Source of the DNA: Syntrophales bacterium
GTDB taxonomy: Bacteria > Desulfobacterota > Syntrophia > Syntrophales > UBA2210
Assembly (NCBI GenBank): GCA_963666365.2
Contig: CAXXNF010000002.1
Coordinates: 1,984,001-2,048,000 of the forward strand
Reading direction: 5' to 3'
DNA: 64,000 nt
The notes beneath the pieces are model-generated. The model made no database searches and was not told where the DNA came from. It saw nothing but the letters and a program-made list of their open reading frames with translations. This document shows positions 39,112 through 50,046 of this stretch, piece by piece (positions within the stretch are counted from its first letter, which is position 1; each line of letters opens with the position of its first letter). A program made the position numbers and the translations under genes.

Positions 39112-40071
39112 ATGGCCGGAACCGCAGCGATCACCGAGGTTGACAAGGTAGAAATCATTACGCTTCAAGACAACTATATCGAGATTACCGCGCAGGACAA
39201 CAGTGCGGTTATTTCGCGGGCCATGGCCGTCCGCAACGGAGAAATCAACAACTCCATCCAGGCGGAGCACGGGTTTTCTGCCATAGTGAGAACCACAAGG
39301 GGGGGCGCCGGACGGACCATGCTCTTCGACTTCGGCTTTTCACCTGAAGGGGCCGCCTTTAATGCGCGGGCCCTCAACATCCCCCTGCAGGAGGTTGAAG
39401 TCATGGCCTTGTCGCATGGTCACAGCGATCACACCGGCAGCATGGGGGAACTTACCCGAATGATCGGTCGAGACGGCATTCCGCTTGTCCTCCATCCGAC
39501 CGCCTTTGCCTATCCCCGCTATCTCAAGCCGATTCCGGATCTCAAAATATATTTTCCCCGTCTGATTCGCGAGGATTTGACTGCCCAGGGCATCGAGGTC
39601 ATCGAAACGAAAGATCCCTATCCCCTTCTTGACACCCAGGCGCTCTTTCTCGGTGAAATAGAACGAATCACTGATTTCGAAAAGGGGTTCCCCATCGCCT
39701 ATCGGGAAGAAGCAGGAAAGGAAATCTGGGATCCCATCGAAGATGATACCGCTGTTGTCATGAACCTGAAGGGAAAGGGGCTTATTGTGCTTTCCGGCTG
39801 TGCCCATTCGGGCATAGTCAACACCGTTGCCTATGCGAAAAAAGTGACCGGTATCGATCAAGTCCATGCAATAATGGGCGGATTTCACCTTTCCGGACCT
39901 TTGTTCGAACCGATTATCGACAGAACCACGGAAGAGATAAAAAAATTTCGGCCTACCTATGTGGTGCCCTGTCATTGTACGGGAAGAAATGCTATTATGC
40001 GCATGGAACGGGAAATGCCGGACGAGTTTATTTTAAATATGAGCGGCACGACGCTGACCTTTACCGCTTGA
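39112..40071 (+). CDS. MBL-fold metallo-hydrolase
   Basis: AEHGFS, LSHGHSDHTG, SGCAHSG, GGFHL, PCHCTG. Confidence 0.9.
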   Translation: MAGTAAITEVDKVEIITLQDNYIEITAQDNSAVISRAMAVRNGEINNSIQAEHGFSAIVRTTRGGAGRTMLFDFGFSPEGAAFNARALNIPLQEVEVMALSHGHSDHTGSMGELTRMIGRDGIPLVLHPTAFAYPRYLKPIPDLKIYFPRLIREDLTAQGIEVIETKDPYPLLDTQALFLGEIERITDFEKGFPIAYREEAGKEIWDPIEDDTAVVMNLKGKGLIVLSGCAHSGIVNTVAYAKKVTGIDQVHAIMGGFHLSGPLFEPIIDRTTEEIKKFRPTYVVPCHCTGRNAIMRMEREMPDEFILNMSGTTLTFTA

Positions 40072-40095
40072 GGGTTCATACCCTTTGGACCCGGC

Positions 40096-40132
40096 AACGC
40101 TCCCTTCCGCAACGCGGAGAGGGAGCGTTTTT
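40096..40132 (+). terminator. Intrinsic terminator
   Basis: AACGCTCCCTTCCGC-AAC-GCGGAGAGGGAGCGTT plus T run. Confidence 0.8.
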
Positions 40133-40162
40133 ATGTAAGCCCGCTCTCTGAAGGAAAACGCA

Positions 40163-42169
40163 ATGGATGTGAAAAACGAAACACTGTGCAGTTTATTTCA
40201 CCGGCAGGCGCTTCGCTACGGTGATACATATGTTTTTCTTAAGGCAAAATTCGACGACGAGGGGAAACCCGCTTCCTCATACCACTCTCTCACATGGAAA
40301 GACGTCCGCGATCAGGTGTTGGAGTTTGCCGGCGGACTCTTGTCTTTCGGAGCAAAAAGGGGGGATAGGGTTGCCCTCTTTTCGGAAAGCCGCCCACGAT
40401 GGATCATCGCCGACCAGGCCATACAGGCGGCTGGGTGTATAGGCGTGCCCCTCTATCCCACGCTGACCAGGGAGGAACTGACGTACATGCTCCGCGACAG
40501 CGGCGCCGGCATCATTATCGTCTCAACCGCCGACAAAGCATCCATGGCCCTTGGCGTAAGAACCTCGGAAAAGCTGGATTTAATAATTATTGTCATGGAA
40601 CCCTGGGAAGCGGAAAAACCGGAAGACCTCTATACTTTCTCTGAAGTAAGGGAGATGGGACAATTGGGAATAGTCACCGACGAAGTGGAGCAGCGGATAG
40701 AAGCGGTCAGACCGGAGGATAGCGCCTCCATCATCTATACCTCGGGAACAACCGGGTATCCAAAGGGAGTGGTGCTGACGCAGTCGAACTGGGTGGCCGC
40801 CATGCACCAGGCATCTCATTCCACATTGATTCGCAGGCAGAAAACAAGGGAACTCCATCTCACCTATCTTGTCCATCTTCCGCTCTGTCACGCCTACGGA
40901 CGAACCACGGACTATCATGTGGGGGGGCTTCACCTGGGAGGGATTCTGGTCTTTGCCGAAAGTTACGAAAAACTGGTCAAAAATATCGCCGAGGTCCACC
41001 CCAATGTGATCATCAGCATCCCCAGGTTTTTCGAAAAAACCTATGATATTGTAAAATCGACCCTGGCAAGGCAGCAGCCTTTCACCCGCAGACTTTTCAA
41101 ATGGGCAATGGAGACGGGCACAGATTTTACCAATGCCATGGCCGGAGGCCCGAAGATGTCGCTTTCGACTTCACTCAAGTTCGGGCTGGCTCACCTGCTG
41201 GTGTTCAACAGGATCAGGGAAAACGCGGGATTTGATCGCCTCGTTATCGGCATATCGGGGGGTGGAAGACTTTCCGGCGATGTGTGCAGTTTTATCAGAG
41301 CGCTGGGCATTCAGCTCAATGAAGGATACGGACTTACGGAAACCTGTGCGCTCCTCAATTTCAACGAACCCGAACTTTACGATATTAAAGAAAAGAAGCT
41401 CACTGCATGGGAACACAGGATGATCGATTGGATCGTCGATCTTCTGGTGGCCAGGCAGGCGCAGGGGAATAGTCCCTACGCCAACCCCTTCAGCGCGCTG
41501 AAAATGCTTATTGCCTATTACAGTATCGGCTACCGGCTGAGGGTAAAGCCGGGAACGGTGGGAAGACCGGTTGCTCTTACGGAGGAAATAATCGCCCCCG
41601 ACGGTGAGATCCTGGTCAAGGGACCCCAGGTATTTCAGGGGTACTGGAACCTGCCGAAGGAAACCGAGGCGGCCTTCAACGAAGAAGGCTGGTTCATGAC
41701 AGGCGATATCGGCGCATTCGACTCAGAGGGGTTTCTGACCATAAAGGACAGAAAAAAAGAACTCCTTGTCACCTCCGGAGGAAAAAATATCGCCCCGCAA
41801 CCTATCGAGCACGCTCTTGCAACCCGCCCCTACATCGATCAGGCCGTCTGTACCGGCGATGGCAGAAAATATCTGACGGCGCTTATTGTGCCGGATTTTA
41901 AAAAACTTCGGGCCTATGCAAAATCCAGGAGTCTTAAAGCGGATTCGGAACAGCAGCTTCTTCAAATCGATGAAATTAAAACACTGATCAGAGGCGATGT
42001 GGCCGAGGTGAACCGCCGCCTCCCCCGCTACGAACAGATCAAATACTGCACCATCCTGACAAAGCCCTTCCTCATCGAAACGGGAGAACTGACACCGAGC
42101 ATGAAGATCAAACGCCGGATCATCGAAGAGAAGTACAGGGAAGAAATCGAGGCCATGTACGAAGAGTGA
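40163..42169 (+). CDS. Long-chain fatty acid-CoA ligase family protein
   Basis: IYTSGTTGYPKG, GYGLTE, TGDIG, DRKKE..VTSGGKNIAP, ELTPSMKIKR. Confidence 0.92.
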   Translation: MDVKNETLCSLFHRQALRYGDTYVFLKAKFDDEGKPASSYHSLTWKDVRDQVLEFAGGLLSFGAKRGDRVALFSESRPRWIIADQAIQAAGCIGVPLYPTLTREELTYMLRDSGAGIIIVSTADKASMALGVRTSEKLDLIIIVMEPWEAEKPEDLYTFSEVREMGQLGIVTDEVEQRIEAVRPEDSASIIYTSGTTGYPKGVVLTQSNWVAAMHQASHSTLIRRQKTRELHLTYLVHLPLCHAYGRTTDYHVGGLHLGGILVFAESYEKLVKNIAEVHPNVIISIPRFFEKTYDIVKSTLARQQPFTRRLFKWAMETGTDFTNAMAGGPKMSLSTSLKFGLAHLLVFNRIRENAGFDRLVIGISGGGRLSGDVCSFIRALGIQLNEGYGLTETCALLNFNEPELYDIKEKKLTAWEHRMIDWIVDLLVARQAQGNSPYANPFSALKMLIAYYSIGYRLRVKPGTVGRPVALTEEIIAPDGEILVKGPQVFQGYWNLPKETEAAFNEEGWFMTGDIGAFDSEGFLTIKDRKKELLVTSGGKNIAPQPIEHALATRPYIDQAVCTGDGRKYLTALIVPDFKKLRAYAKSRSLKADSEQQLLQIDEIKTLIRGDVAEVNRRLPRYEQIKYCTILTKPFLIETGELTPSMKIKRRIIEEKYREEIEAMYEE

Positions 42170-42230
42170 AAAAAGGGTCCAGTATGCGCACAACGCGGTC
42201 GTACGACTGCACATAGCACACAAGAATGAT

Positions 42231-42267
42231 AAAAAAAGGTCCTTTCACTCTCGGAAAGGACCTTTTT
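42231..42267. terminator. Bidirectional terminator
   Basis: AAAAAGGTCCTTTC-N7-GAAAGGACCTTTTT between convergent genes. Confidence 0.85.
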
Positions 42268-42285
42268 AATTAACCTGTTTATCGG

Positions 42286-43953
42286 TTACTCCGGATCCTT
42301 GAACACGGCCCCCGTGCTGGCAGAAGTGACCATCTTGGCATAGCGTCCCAGGTATCCCGTTTTGATGAGCGGTTCCTTGGGCGTAAATGCTTTTTTGCGA
42401 CGGGCCAGTTCCTCCGCATCGACCTTCAGATCGATCGTCTTCCCCGGAATGTCGATGGCGATGATATCGCCTTCTTCGATGAGGCCGATGGGTCCGCCTT
42501 CGGCCGCTTCCGGTGATATGTGGCCGATGGCGGCGCCGCGGGTCCCGCCGCTGAATCGCCCGTCAGTCAAAAGGGCCACCGACGTGTCCAGTCCCATGCC
42601 GACAATGGCCGACGTGGGCGACAGCATCTCGCGCATGCCCGGTCCTCCCTTGGGACCCTCGTAGCGGATCACCACCACATCGCCCGGCTTTATCGTTCCT
42701 CCAAGAATCGCCTCAATGGCGTCATCCTCGGAATCGAAGACCCGGGCGCGCCCCTCGTTTTTCATCATGTCGGGCGACACGGCGGACTGCTTCACCACCC
42801 CTCCGTCAGGGGCGAGGTTTCCGCGCAGTATGGCGATTCCCCCTTCCGTTCCGTAGGGATCGTCAGCGGATCTGATGACGGTGCGGTTTTTGACGCGGGC
42901 CTTTTTCAGATTTTCTCCCACCGTTTTCCCCGAGACCGTAAGCGCATCGAGGTTAACGACGCCCTTCGCGCTTATTTCCTTCATTACCGCCTGAATGCCC
43001 CCGGCGCCGTCAAGGTCTTCCAGGTGGTGGGGCCCGGCAGGACTGAGGTAACAGATGTTGGGCGTTTTTCTGCTGATATCGTTGAAAAGGTCGAGATCGA
43101 GGTCGATGCCCGCCTCGTGGGCGACGGCCGGAATATGAAGCACCGTATTGGTGGAACAGCCCAGGGCCATATCGACGGCGATGGCGTTTTTGAAGGCGTC
43201 GAGCGTGGCGATGTCACGCGGCTTGATATCCTTTTTTACGAGATTCATGACGGCCATCCCCGCCTCTTTTGCAAGCCGTCTGCGGGCGGCGGTAACGGCG
43301 GGAATGGTCCCGTTCCCCGGGAGTCCCAGTCCGAGGGCCTCGGTGACGCAGTTCATGGAGTTCGCCGTAAACATGCCGGAACAGGAACCGCACCCCGGAC
43401 AGGCGCAATCCTCCAGTTCGCCAAGCCCCTTCCGGGTCAACGTCCCCGCCTTGACCCTTCCTACGCCCTCGAACACATTGATCAGGTCGACGGGATCACC
43501 GTCATGGACTCCCGCCATCATGGGCCCTCCGCTTATCACCACGGCGGGAATATTGAGACGCAGCGCCGCCATAAGCATGCCCGGCACTATCTTGTCGCAG
43601 TTCGTCACAAGCACAAGACCGTCGAAGGGATGGGCCGTGGCCATGATTTCGATGGAATCGGCGATCAGCTCCCTGCTGGCCAGGGAATATTTCATGCCGG
43701 CGTGGCCCATGGCGATGCCGTCACAGACGCCGATCGTGGGAAATGTCACCGGCGTTCCGCCTGCCATTCTGATTCCCGCCTTCACATCCTCCGTAATAGT
43801 GTTGAGATGTACATGGCCGGGAATAATTTCGTTGGCCGAATTTACTACCCCGATTATCGGCCGGGACAGCTCTTCGTCGGTATAGCCCATGGCCTTGAAG
43901 AGCGATCGGTGCGGCGCTCGCTCAAGACCCTTTTTCATAAGATCACTTCTCAT
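42286..43953 (-). CDS. ilvD: Dihydroxy-acid dehydratase
   Basis: [42 protein letters not shown]; start set at MRSD. Confidence 0.97.
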   Translation of the reverse strand: MRSDLMKKGLERAPHRSLFKAMGYTDEELSRPIIGVVNSANEIIPGHVHLNTITEDVKAGIRMAGGTPVTFPTIGVCDGIAMGHAGMKYSLASRELIADSIEIMATAHPFDGLVLVTNCDKIVPGMLMAALRLNIPAVVISGGPMMAGVHDGDPVDLINVFEGVGRVKAGTLTRKGLGELEDCACPGCGSCSGMFTANSMNCVTEALGLGLPGNGTIPAVTAARRRLAKEAGMAVMNLVKKDIKPRDIATLDAFKNAIAVDMALGCSTNTVLHIPAVAHEAGIDLDLDLFNDISRKTPNICYLSPAGPHHLEDLDGAGGIQAVMKEISAKGVVNLDALTVSGKTVGENLKKARVKNRTVIRSADDPYGTEGGIAILRGNLAPDGGVVKQSAVSPDMMKNEGRARVFDSEDDAIEAILGGTIKPGDVVVIRYEGPKGGPGMREMLSPTSAIVGMGLDTSVALLTDGRFSGGTRGAAIGHISPEAAEGGPIGLIEEGDIIAIDIPGKTIDLKVDAEELARRKKAFTPKEPLIKTGYLGRYAKMVTSASTGAVFKDPE

Positions 43954-44081
43954 TTCATCGTCCTTTTTTGTGTCGTTGAGGGGTAAAGCGATGAATATGG
44001 TTTCATGGAGAGGGCAACGGAACCACTGCAGGGAATACTCGGTCTTTCCACCCTCTCCACACTCGGATCTGGCAATGCCGC

Positions 44082-45140
44082 TTACTTCTTGCCCCGCCGC
44101 TCCGGACGAAGCTCTCGTAGGACGGTTCCGGCCTGCCACATCTCCATAGTGCGCATCGCGCTCAGCTCTTCCTCAAGCCGTTCGCGGTAATCGGGGGCGC
44201 TGTTTACCCGCAGGACAATTTCCGTCTCTTTTCCCGATTTCACACTTTCATAGAGTTCATCGAATACCGGATCAACGGCCTCGCGGAACCGGCTTTTCCA
44301 GTCGAGGGCGCCGCGCTGCGCCGTGGTGGAACAGTTTGCGTACATCCAGTCCATACCGTTTTCTCCCACAAGACGGATCAGGCTCTGGGTCAATTCTTCC
44401 ACCGTCTCATTGAAAGCCTCGCTGGGGCTGTGGCCGTGTTTCCTGAGACAGTTATACTGGGCTTCCATTACGCCGGCCAGGCATCCCATAAGGACGCCGC
44501 GCTCGCCGGTCAGGTCGCTGAACACTTCGTTCTCGAAGGTGGTGGGGAAAAGGTATCCCGAACCGACGGCAATGCCGATCGCCTTCGTCCTGTCCATGGC
44601 ACGGCCGGTGGCATCCTGAAACACGGCGATGCTGGAGTTGATGCCGCTTCCATCAAGGAAATTTCTTCGAACCGTCAAACCCGATCCCTTGGGCGCCACC
44701 ATGATGACATCGATGTCGGCGGGAGGGACAATCCCCGTCTGTTCCTTGTAGACAATAGAAAACCCGTGTGAAAAATAGAGGGCCTTCCCTGCGGTCATTA
44801 AATCCTTGATTTTCGGCCATACCGCCGCCTGGCCCGCATCGGAAAGCAGCAGCATGACAATGGTGCCTCGCTTCGCCGCCTCTTCCAGGGAGAAGAGACT
44901 CTCGCCGGGCACAAACCCGTCATTGATCGCCTTGTTCCAGTAGAACTCTTCGCTCTCCCGCTGTCCCACAATGACCTTGAATCCGTTGTCCTGCATGTTG
45001 AGCGCCTGTCCCGGTCCCTGCACACCGTAGCCGAGCACGGCAATGACCTCGTCTTTCAGCACTTCACGAGCCATTTCCAGAGTAAATTCGTCCGCCGTGA
45101 TCACCTCTTCGACCACATCTCCGATTTTTATTTCCGCCAT
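44082..45140 (-). CDS. ilvC: Ketol-acid reductoisomerase
   Basis: [39 protein letters not shown]. Confidence 0.95.
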   Translation of the reverse strand: MAEIKIGDVVEEVITADEFTLEMAREVLKDEVIAVLGYGVQGPGQALNMQDNGFKVIVGQRESEEFYWNKAINDGFVPGESLFSLEEAAKRGTIVMLLLSDAGQAAVWPKIKDLMTAGKALYFSHGFSIVYKEQTGIVPPADIDVIMVAPKGSGLTVRRNFLDGSGINSSIAVFQDATGRAMDRTKAIGIAVGSGYLFPTTFENEVFSDLTGERGVLMGCLAGVMEAQYNCLRKHGHSPSEAFNETVEELTQSLIRLVGENGMDWMYANCSTTAQRGALDWKSRFREAVDPVFDELYESVKSGKETEIVLRVNSAPDYRERLEEELSAMRTMEMWQAGTVLRELRPERRGKK

Positions 45141-45169
45141 CTTTCATCTCCTCACTTTTTATTATTTAT

Positions 45170-45643
45170 TTATAATACAACCATTCCCGATCTGCTCATG
45201 TCCTCAATGCCAAGTGTCTCGAAATATGCCAGGGCCCGATCGATATCCTTCTTGACCCCCGTCAACTCGAACAGAAAACAATCAGGACCCTCCGCCACGA
45301 CCCTGCTCCCGAATTCTTCAATGGCTTTGATGACCTCTCCCCGGTTGTCCCGTGTGACGCTCACACGAATCAGCACCATCTCCCGCTGTATCGACGATCT
45401 CGCCTTTACGTGGGTCACCTCGATGACATCCACCAGTTTCTGCATCTGTTTTTCTATCTTCACGACGGTGTTCGCGTCGCCCTTTGTCACCATGGTAATC
45501 TTGGTCACCTCGGGATTCATGGTCACGTTGGCGCTTATATTTTCTATATTGAATCCCCGGCCGCTCAGAAGTCCTGAAATCCGGGCAAGCACGTCGGGTT
45601 TGTTATTCACCAGAAGTGAAATCGTATGATCCTTTACTTCCAT
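45170..45643 (-). CDS. ilvN: Acetolactate synthase small subunit (copy 1)
   Basis: VNNKPDVLARISGL..GRGFNIE, KLVDVIEV. Confidence 0.9.
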   Translation of the reverse strand: MEVKDHTISLLVNNKPDVLARISGLLSGRGFNIENISANVTMNPEVTKITMVTKGDANTVVKIEKQMQKLVDVIEVTHVKARSSIQREMVLIRVSVTRDNRGEVIKAIEEFGSRVVAEGPDCFLFELTGVKKDIDRALAYFETLGIEDMSRSGMVVL

Positions 45644-45758
45644 AGGTTTGCAATCCTTTCATCAATCAGAAAATCACAGGGCCCGATAGAGACAGGCCGA
45701 CCTTCCGGTACAGGTTCTGCAAGCGACGGACATCGCATACTATCCGCACGCGGGCTTT

Positions 45759-47465
45759 CTAAAGCCCTGTATCCCGCACCAGTTTCATTTCCGTCAAGGC
45801 CGCCCCGGGACCTACCATGGGATAGACGCCCTCCTCGGCTTCGACTATAAATTCCATTACCACCGGTCCCGGCGTCTCCAGACCCTTTCGAAGCGTCGCT
45901 TCCACTTCATCCGGTTGTGTCGCCCTCAAGCCCACGATGCCGTATGCCTCGGCGACCTTCACAAAATCGGGCCTCTGACTGCTGCCGATATCAGTGTGGG
46001 AATAGCGTTTTTCATAAAAAAGTTCCTGCCACTGGCGCACCATTCCCAGATATCCGTTGTTCAGGATCACGATCTTGACGGGAAGGTTATAATTTGCCGC
46101 TGTGGCGAGTTCCTGAATGTTCATCTGAATGCTTCCGTCGCCGGCGATGTCCACCACCAATTTATCGGGAAAGGCCACCTGAGCGCCAATCGCCGCCGGA
46201 AAGCCATAGCCCATGGTCCCCAATCCTCCAGAGGTAAGAAAGGTATTTGGCTCATTGAACCGAAAGAACTGCGCCGTCCACATCTGGTTCTGTCCCACCT
46301 CGGTGGCGATAATGGCGTTCCCCTTTGTGAGTTCGTAGAGCGTTTCGATGACCTTCTGCGGTTTGATGGTAGTGCTCTTACAGTAGCTCATAGGACCCTC
46401 GAGCCGCCAGCGCTCGATTTGTGCGAGCCACTCCTTTCGTCCTTCCCGAAGCGCGGAAAGACCGTTCTTATCCAGTATGGTGTTCAGTTGCACAAGGGCC
46501 GACTTGCAGTCGCTTACGATGGGCACATGGACGAGCACATTTTTATTAATCGATGCGGCATCAATATCGATCTGCACGATGGTCGCATTCGACGCGAAGG
46601 AAGAGAGCCTCCCGGTGACGCGGTCGGAAAATCGCACGCCCAGGGTGAGCAGCAGATCGCAATTGCTTATGGCCATATTCGCATAGTAGGTGCCGTGCAT
46701 CCCAAGCATCCCAAGCCAGAGGGGATCGGTGCCGGGAAACGATCCCAGGCCCATAAGTGTTGAAGCGACAGGCATGTTGAGCTTTCGCACAAACTCGGCA
46801 AGCTCAGCACTCGACCGGCTGTGAATGATACCGCCCCCTACCAGCACCACCGGCTTTTTCGCCCCCTTGATCAATTCAAGTGTTTCTTTGAGCTGTTTCG
46901 GATCGGGAAGATAGACCGGTTCCGCCATAGTCGATCGGGAAAGCCCTCCTTCGCGATATTCGGCCTTCGCCTGAATGACATCCTTGGGAAGATCGACGAG
47001 GACCGGCCCGGGACGGCCGGAGCGGGCAATGTAAAAAGCCTCCCTTATGGTTTTTGCCAGCTCGTCCACGCGTCGCACCAGCATATTATGCTTGGTGCAG
47101 GGCCGAGTGATGCCGGTGATATCGGCCTCCTGAAAGGCATCGGTCCCGATAAAAGGAGTCGGCACCTGTCCCGTCAGAATAACCATGGGGATAGAGTCCA
47201 TATAGGCCGTAGCAATGCCGGTTACCGTATTTGTGGCGCCGGGACCTGAAGTTACGAGACAGACGCCTACCTTTCCCGACGATCTGGCATACCCGTCGGC
47301 GGCATGAGCGGCCCCCTGCTCATGGCGCACCAGTATATGGTGTATTGAGGACCTGTACAGTTCGTCGTATATATCGAGAACCGAACCACCGGGATAGCCG
47401 AAAATCGTGTCGACACCCTCTTCAAGCAATGACCGGATTAATATTTGTGCACCTGTGAATTCCAC
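45759..47465 (-). CDS. ilvB: Acetolactate synthase large subunit (copy 1)
   Basis: FGYPGG, RHEQGA, RFSDRVTG, GDGSIQMN, GMVRQWQ; GTG 47465 after GAGGAGG. Confidence 0.95.
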   Translation of the reverse strand: MEFTGAQILIRSLLEEGVDTIFGYPGGSVLDIYDELYRSSIHHILVRHEQGAAHAADGYARSSGKVGVCLVTSGPGATNTVTGIATAYMDSIPMVILTGQVPTPFIGTDAFQEADITGITRPCTKHNMLVRRVDELAKTIREAFYIARSGRPGPVLVDLPKDVIQAKAEYREGGLSRSTMAEPVYLPDPKQLKETLELIKGAKKPVVLVGGGIIHSRSSAELAEFVRKLNMPVASTLMGLGSFPGTDPLWLGMLGMHGTYYANMAISNCDLLLTLGVRFSDRVTGRLSSFASNATIVQIDIDAASINKNVLVHVPIVSDCKSALVQLNTILDKNGLSALREGRKEWLAQIERWRLEGPMSYCKSTTIKPQKVIETLYELTKGNAIIATEVGQNQMWTAQFFRFNEPNTFLTSGGLGTMGYGFPAAIGAQVAFPDKLVVDIAGDGSIQMNIQELATAANYNLPVKIVILNNGYLGMVRQWQELFYEKRYSHTDIGSSQRPDFVKVAEAYGIVGLRATQPDEVEATLRKGLETPGPVVMEFIVEAEEGVYPMVGPGAALTEMKLVRDTGL

Positions 47466-47484
47466 ACAACACCTCCTCATTATT

Positions 47485-47519
47485 AAAAAAAAACCGCTAC
47501 CGGGGAGCCGGTAACGGTT
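47485..47519 (-). terminator. Attenuator terminator upstream of ilvB copy 1
   Basis: AACCGUUACCGG-CUCC-CCGGUAGCGGUU with a U9 run. Confidence 0.85.
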
Positions 47520-47543
47520 CTTAGTTCTCCTATGGTAAAAAGA

Positions 47544-47624
47544 TCAGACCATTAGCCAGCCCCTCGTATGGGAGGAGATAATTATAATTACGCCGCTAAT
47601 TATAAAATTTCTCTCAGTAGTCAT
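47544..47624 (-). CDS. Ile-rich attenuator leader peptide MTTERNFIISGVIIIISSHTRGWLMV
   Basis: 6 Ile and 2 Val in 26 aa; its 3' end GGGGCUGGCUAAUGGUC can pair with the terminator left arm; TTGACA at 47693-47698. Confidence 0.85.
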   Translation of the reverse strand: MTTERNFIISGVIIIISSHTRGWLMV

Positions 47625-47718
47625 GCCGACAAATCTGATCTTTCCGATTCGTATTGAAATAACTGCGCTTAGCTATCAGAAATGTCGTGTACTGTCAAGC
47701 GATTTTATCGGCTCCTTT

Positions 47719-48201
47719 TTATTTATTTTCCAGCGCAATGGCGCCTGTCCGGCAGATATCCTTTACGCCCAGCGGTTTCAAATAATTGAGCACCGTTTCC
47801 ACTTCTCCCTTGTACCCCACCGCCTGGATTATCAGATAGTCGTCCTTCATCGACACAATTGAACACCCGAACAGGGAAATCGCCTGCGTGATTTCGGCCC
47901 GATGGGCCTTGTCGAAGGGAAGGCCTATAAGCATCATCTCCCGTTTGACCGAGTGCGTATCTTCCAGTTCCGTCACCTCGATCACGTCAACCAGTCGATT
48001 CAGGGCCTTTCTGACCTTCTCCATGAACTGCGAATCTCCCTTGCTCACCGAGGTAATGCGCGACACTTTCGGTGAAATGGTTTCGGCCACACAGAGACTC
48101 TCAATGTTGTAACCAAGACGGCCGAACACACCGGAGACCCGCGCCAGAACGCCCGGTCTGTTGTTGACCAGCATTGATATCACATGTTCTCTAATTTCCA
48201 T
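47719..48201 (-). CDS. ilvN: Acetolactate synthase small subunit (copy 2)
   Basis: VNNRPGVLARVSGVF...GYNIESL, RTGAIAL. Confidence 0.9.
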   Translation of the reverse strand: MEIREHVISMLVNNRPGVLARVSGVFGRLGYNIESLCVAETISPKVSRITSVSKGDSQFMEKVRKALNRLVDVIEVTELEDTHSVKREMMLIGLPFDKAHRAEITQAISLFGCSIVSMKDDYLIIQAVGYKGEVETVLNYLKPLGVKDICRTGAIALENK

Positions 48202-48250
48202 TGTTCCTTTCCACTCCTCTCAATTCTGAATCGCCTGTATACCATCTTAC

Positions 48251-49927
48251 TTAATCGGAACGCCCGTAAATCATCTGCACATTCGATCTTCCCGGGGGTA
48301 TGATCGGATAGACATAGTTGTCCGGGTCCACGAGCACCTCCAGCAGGAAGGGTCCGTCGGTACTGCACATCTCGTCTATGCCCGCTCCGGCATTGGCGAC
48401 ATCGACTTTCTCCGATGCAATGCCGAACCCCTTGGCAATTGCCGCTATATCAACCTTTCCACCAAGCTGGCTGTCACGAAAGCGCGAATTATAGAAAAGA
48501 TCCTGAATCTGGCGTATCATTCCCAGGTTGCCGTTGTTGAAGACCACGATCTTTACAGGCAGATTATAGCAGCTGATCGTTGCCAGCTCCTGAATGTTCA
48601 TAAAAAATCCGCCGTCACCGGTAAAGACGACTACGCCCCGGTCGGGAGCGCCGACCTTGGCACCCATGGCCGCGGGCACGCTGAATCCCATGGTGCCCAT
48701 CCCGCCGCTGGTGATCAGTCCCCTCTGAATGCCGACTTTCCATGAACGCACCGTCCAGATCTGATTCAGACCCACATCGGCGACGGCAATCGTTTCTTCC
48801 GGCATTGCGCTCTGCACCTGTTCGATGAAATCGCCTGCAGGACCACATCCACCAGCGCCGCCGTTCTGCTGCAGTTTGGTCCGCTCATTCTGTATCCTCG
48901 ACAGCCATTCGGCCCTGTCCTTTTCATCAATCAGTGTAATCATTTCTTCCAGCGCCAGCTTCAAATCACAGACTACGGACATATCCGTTTTGATGTTCTT
49001 CCCGATCGAAGTCGGATCGACGTCGATCTGGGCAATCTTTGCCAAAGGAGCGAATTCTTCGATAACGGAGGTGCTGCGATCACTGAAGCGCGCACCAATG
49101 GCAAGAATGAAATCTGATTGATGCACCATGCGGTTTGCCAGATCGTTGCCGTGCGTGCCGATAAATCCGAGATTGTAGCCGTTCGTCGTCGCCACCGACC
49201 CGATACCCATCATTGTGGTGACGAAGGGGAGCTTCCCTTTCATAATCACATCGGCCATCTCCGTAAAGGCGGATGCCAGCTTGACTCCACCGCCGATAAT
49301 AAGCACGGGCTTTTCCGCCTCGTTCAGGTACCGGGTGATCTGCTGCAACTGACGTTTGTCCGGACCGGTCAGGGGGGTGTGATCCGTGCTTGGCAGTTCT
49401 ATATCGCGCTGTTCCTTCTCTTGGGTCCGCGCGGCCATAATATCCCTGGGCATGTCGATAAGCACCGGACCGGGACGGCCTGTCGTCGCAATATGCAGGG
49501 CTTCCCGTACCGTGGCGGCGATGTCATTGACATTATGCAGCAGAAAACTGTGCTTCGTAATCGGCATGGTAATACCGATTATATCCGTTTCCTGAAAGGC
49601 ATCGCTTCCCAGAAGATTGGTGGTGACCTGCCCCGTAAGGGCGATCATGGGTGTGGAATCCATGTAGGCGGTGGCGATTCCCGTCACCAGATTGGTGGCG
49701 CCCGGCCCCGATGTGGCCATGCACACGCCTACCTTGCCGGTGGCTCGGGCATACCCGTCAGCGGCATGCGCCGCTGCCTGTTCGTGCCGCACAAGCAAAT
49801 GTTCTATGCAGCTTTCGTTCAGACAGTCATGAACGGGCAGAGTGTTCGCTCCGGGGTATCCGAAGATATGCTGGACCCCTGCTTCTTTTAATGTTTGCAG
49901 CAGTATTTCTGCTCCTGAACGTTCCAT
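48251..49927 (-). CDS. ilvB: Acetolactate synthase large subunit (copy 2, divergent)
   Basis: FGYPGA, RHEQAA, RFSDRST, GDGGFFMN, GMIRQIQ. Confidence 0.9.
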   Translation of the reverse strand: MERSGAEILLQTLKEAGVQHIFGYPGANTLPVHDCLNESCIEHLLVRHEQAAAHAADGYARATGKVGVCMATSGPGATNLVTGIATAYMDSTPMIALTGQVTTNLLGSDAFQETDIIGITMPITKHSFLLHNVNDIAATVREALHIATTGRPGPVLIDMPRDIMAARTQEKEQRDIELPSTDHTPLTGPDKRQLQQITRYLNEAEKPVLIIGGGVKLASAFTEMADVIMKGKLPFVTTMMGIGSVATTNGYNLGFIGTHGNDLANRMVHQSDFILAIGARFSDRSTSVIEEFAPLAKIAQIDVDPTSIGKNIKTDMSVVCDLKLALEEMITLIDEKDRAEWLSRIQNERTKLQQNGGAGGCGPAGDFIEQVQSAMPEETIAVADVGLNQIWTVRSWKVGIQRGLITSGGMGTMGFSVPAAMGAKVGAPDRGVVVFTGDGGFFMNIQELATISCYNLPVKIVVFNNGNLGMIRQIQDLFYNSRFRDSQLGGKVDIAAIAKGFGIASEKVDVANAGAGIDEMCSTDGPFLLEVLVDPDNYVYPIIPPGRSNVQMIYGRSD

Positions 49928-49956
49928 CGTCGTCTCCCTCAAAGTTCTCGTAAATT

Positions 49957-50030
49957 AAAAAAGCCGCTTTCTTCTGCAAAGCGGCTTTTTCGAAATAAAA
50001 AAGCCGCAGGCTTTACGGGGCCTGCGGCTC
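49957..50030 (-). terminator. Two tandem intrinsic terminators of the ilvB copy 2 attenuator
   Basis: T1 49997-50030 GCCGCAGGC/GCCUGCGGC+U6; T2 49957-49990 GCCGCUUU/AAAGCGGC+U6. Confidence 0.85.
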
Positions 50031-50046
50031 GTTTTCGTGATTTATG

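Noticed and set aside
42520..43986. 488-aa plus-strand ORF (likewise 51120..52565 and 60881..62254)
   Set aside because: Antisense shadows of well-supported genes in GC-rich coding sequence.
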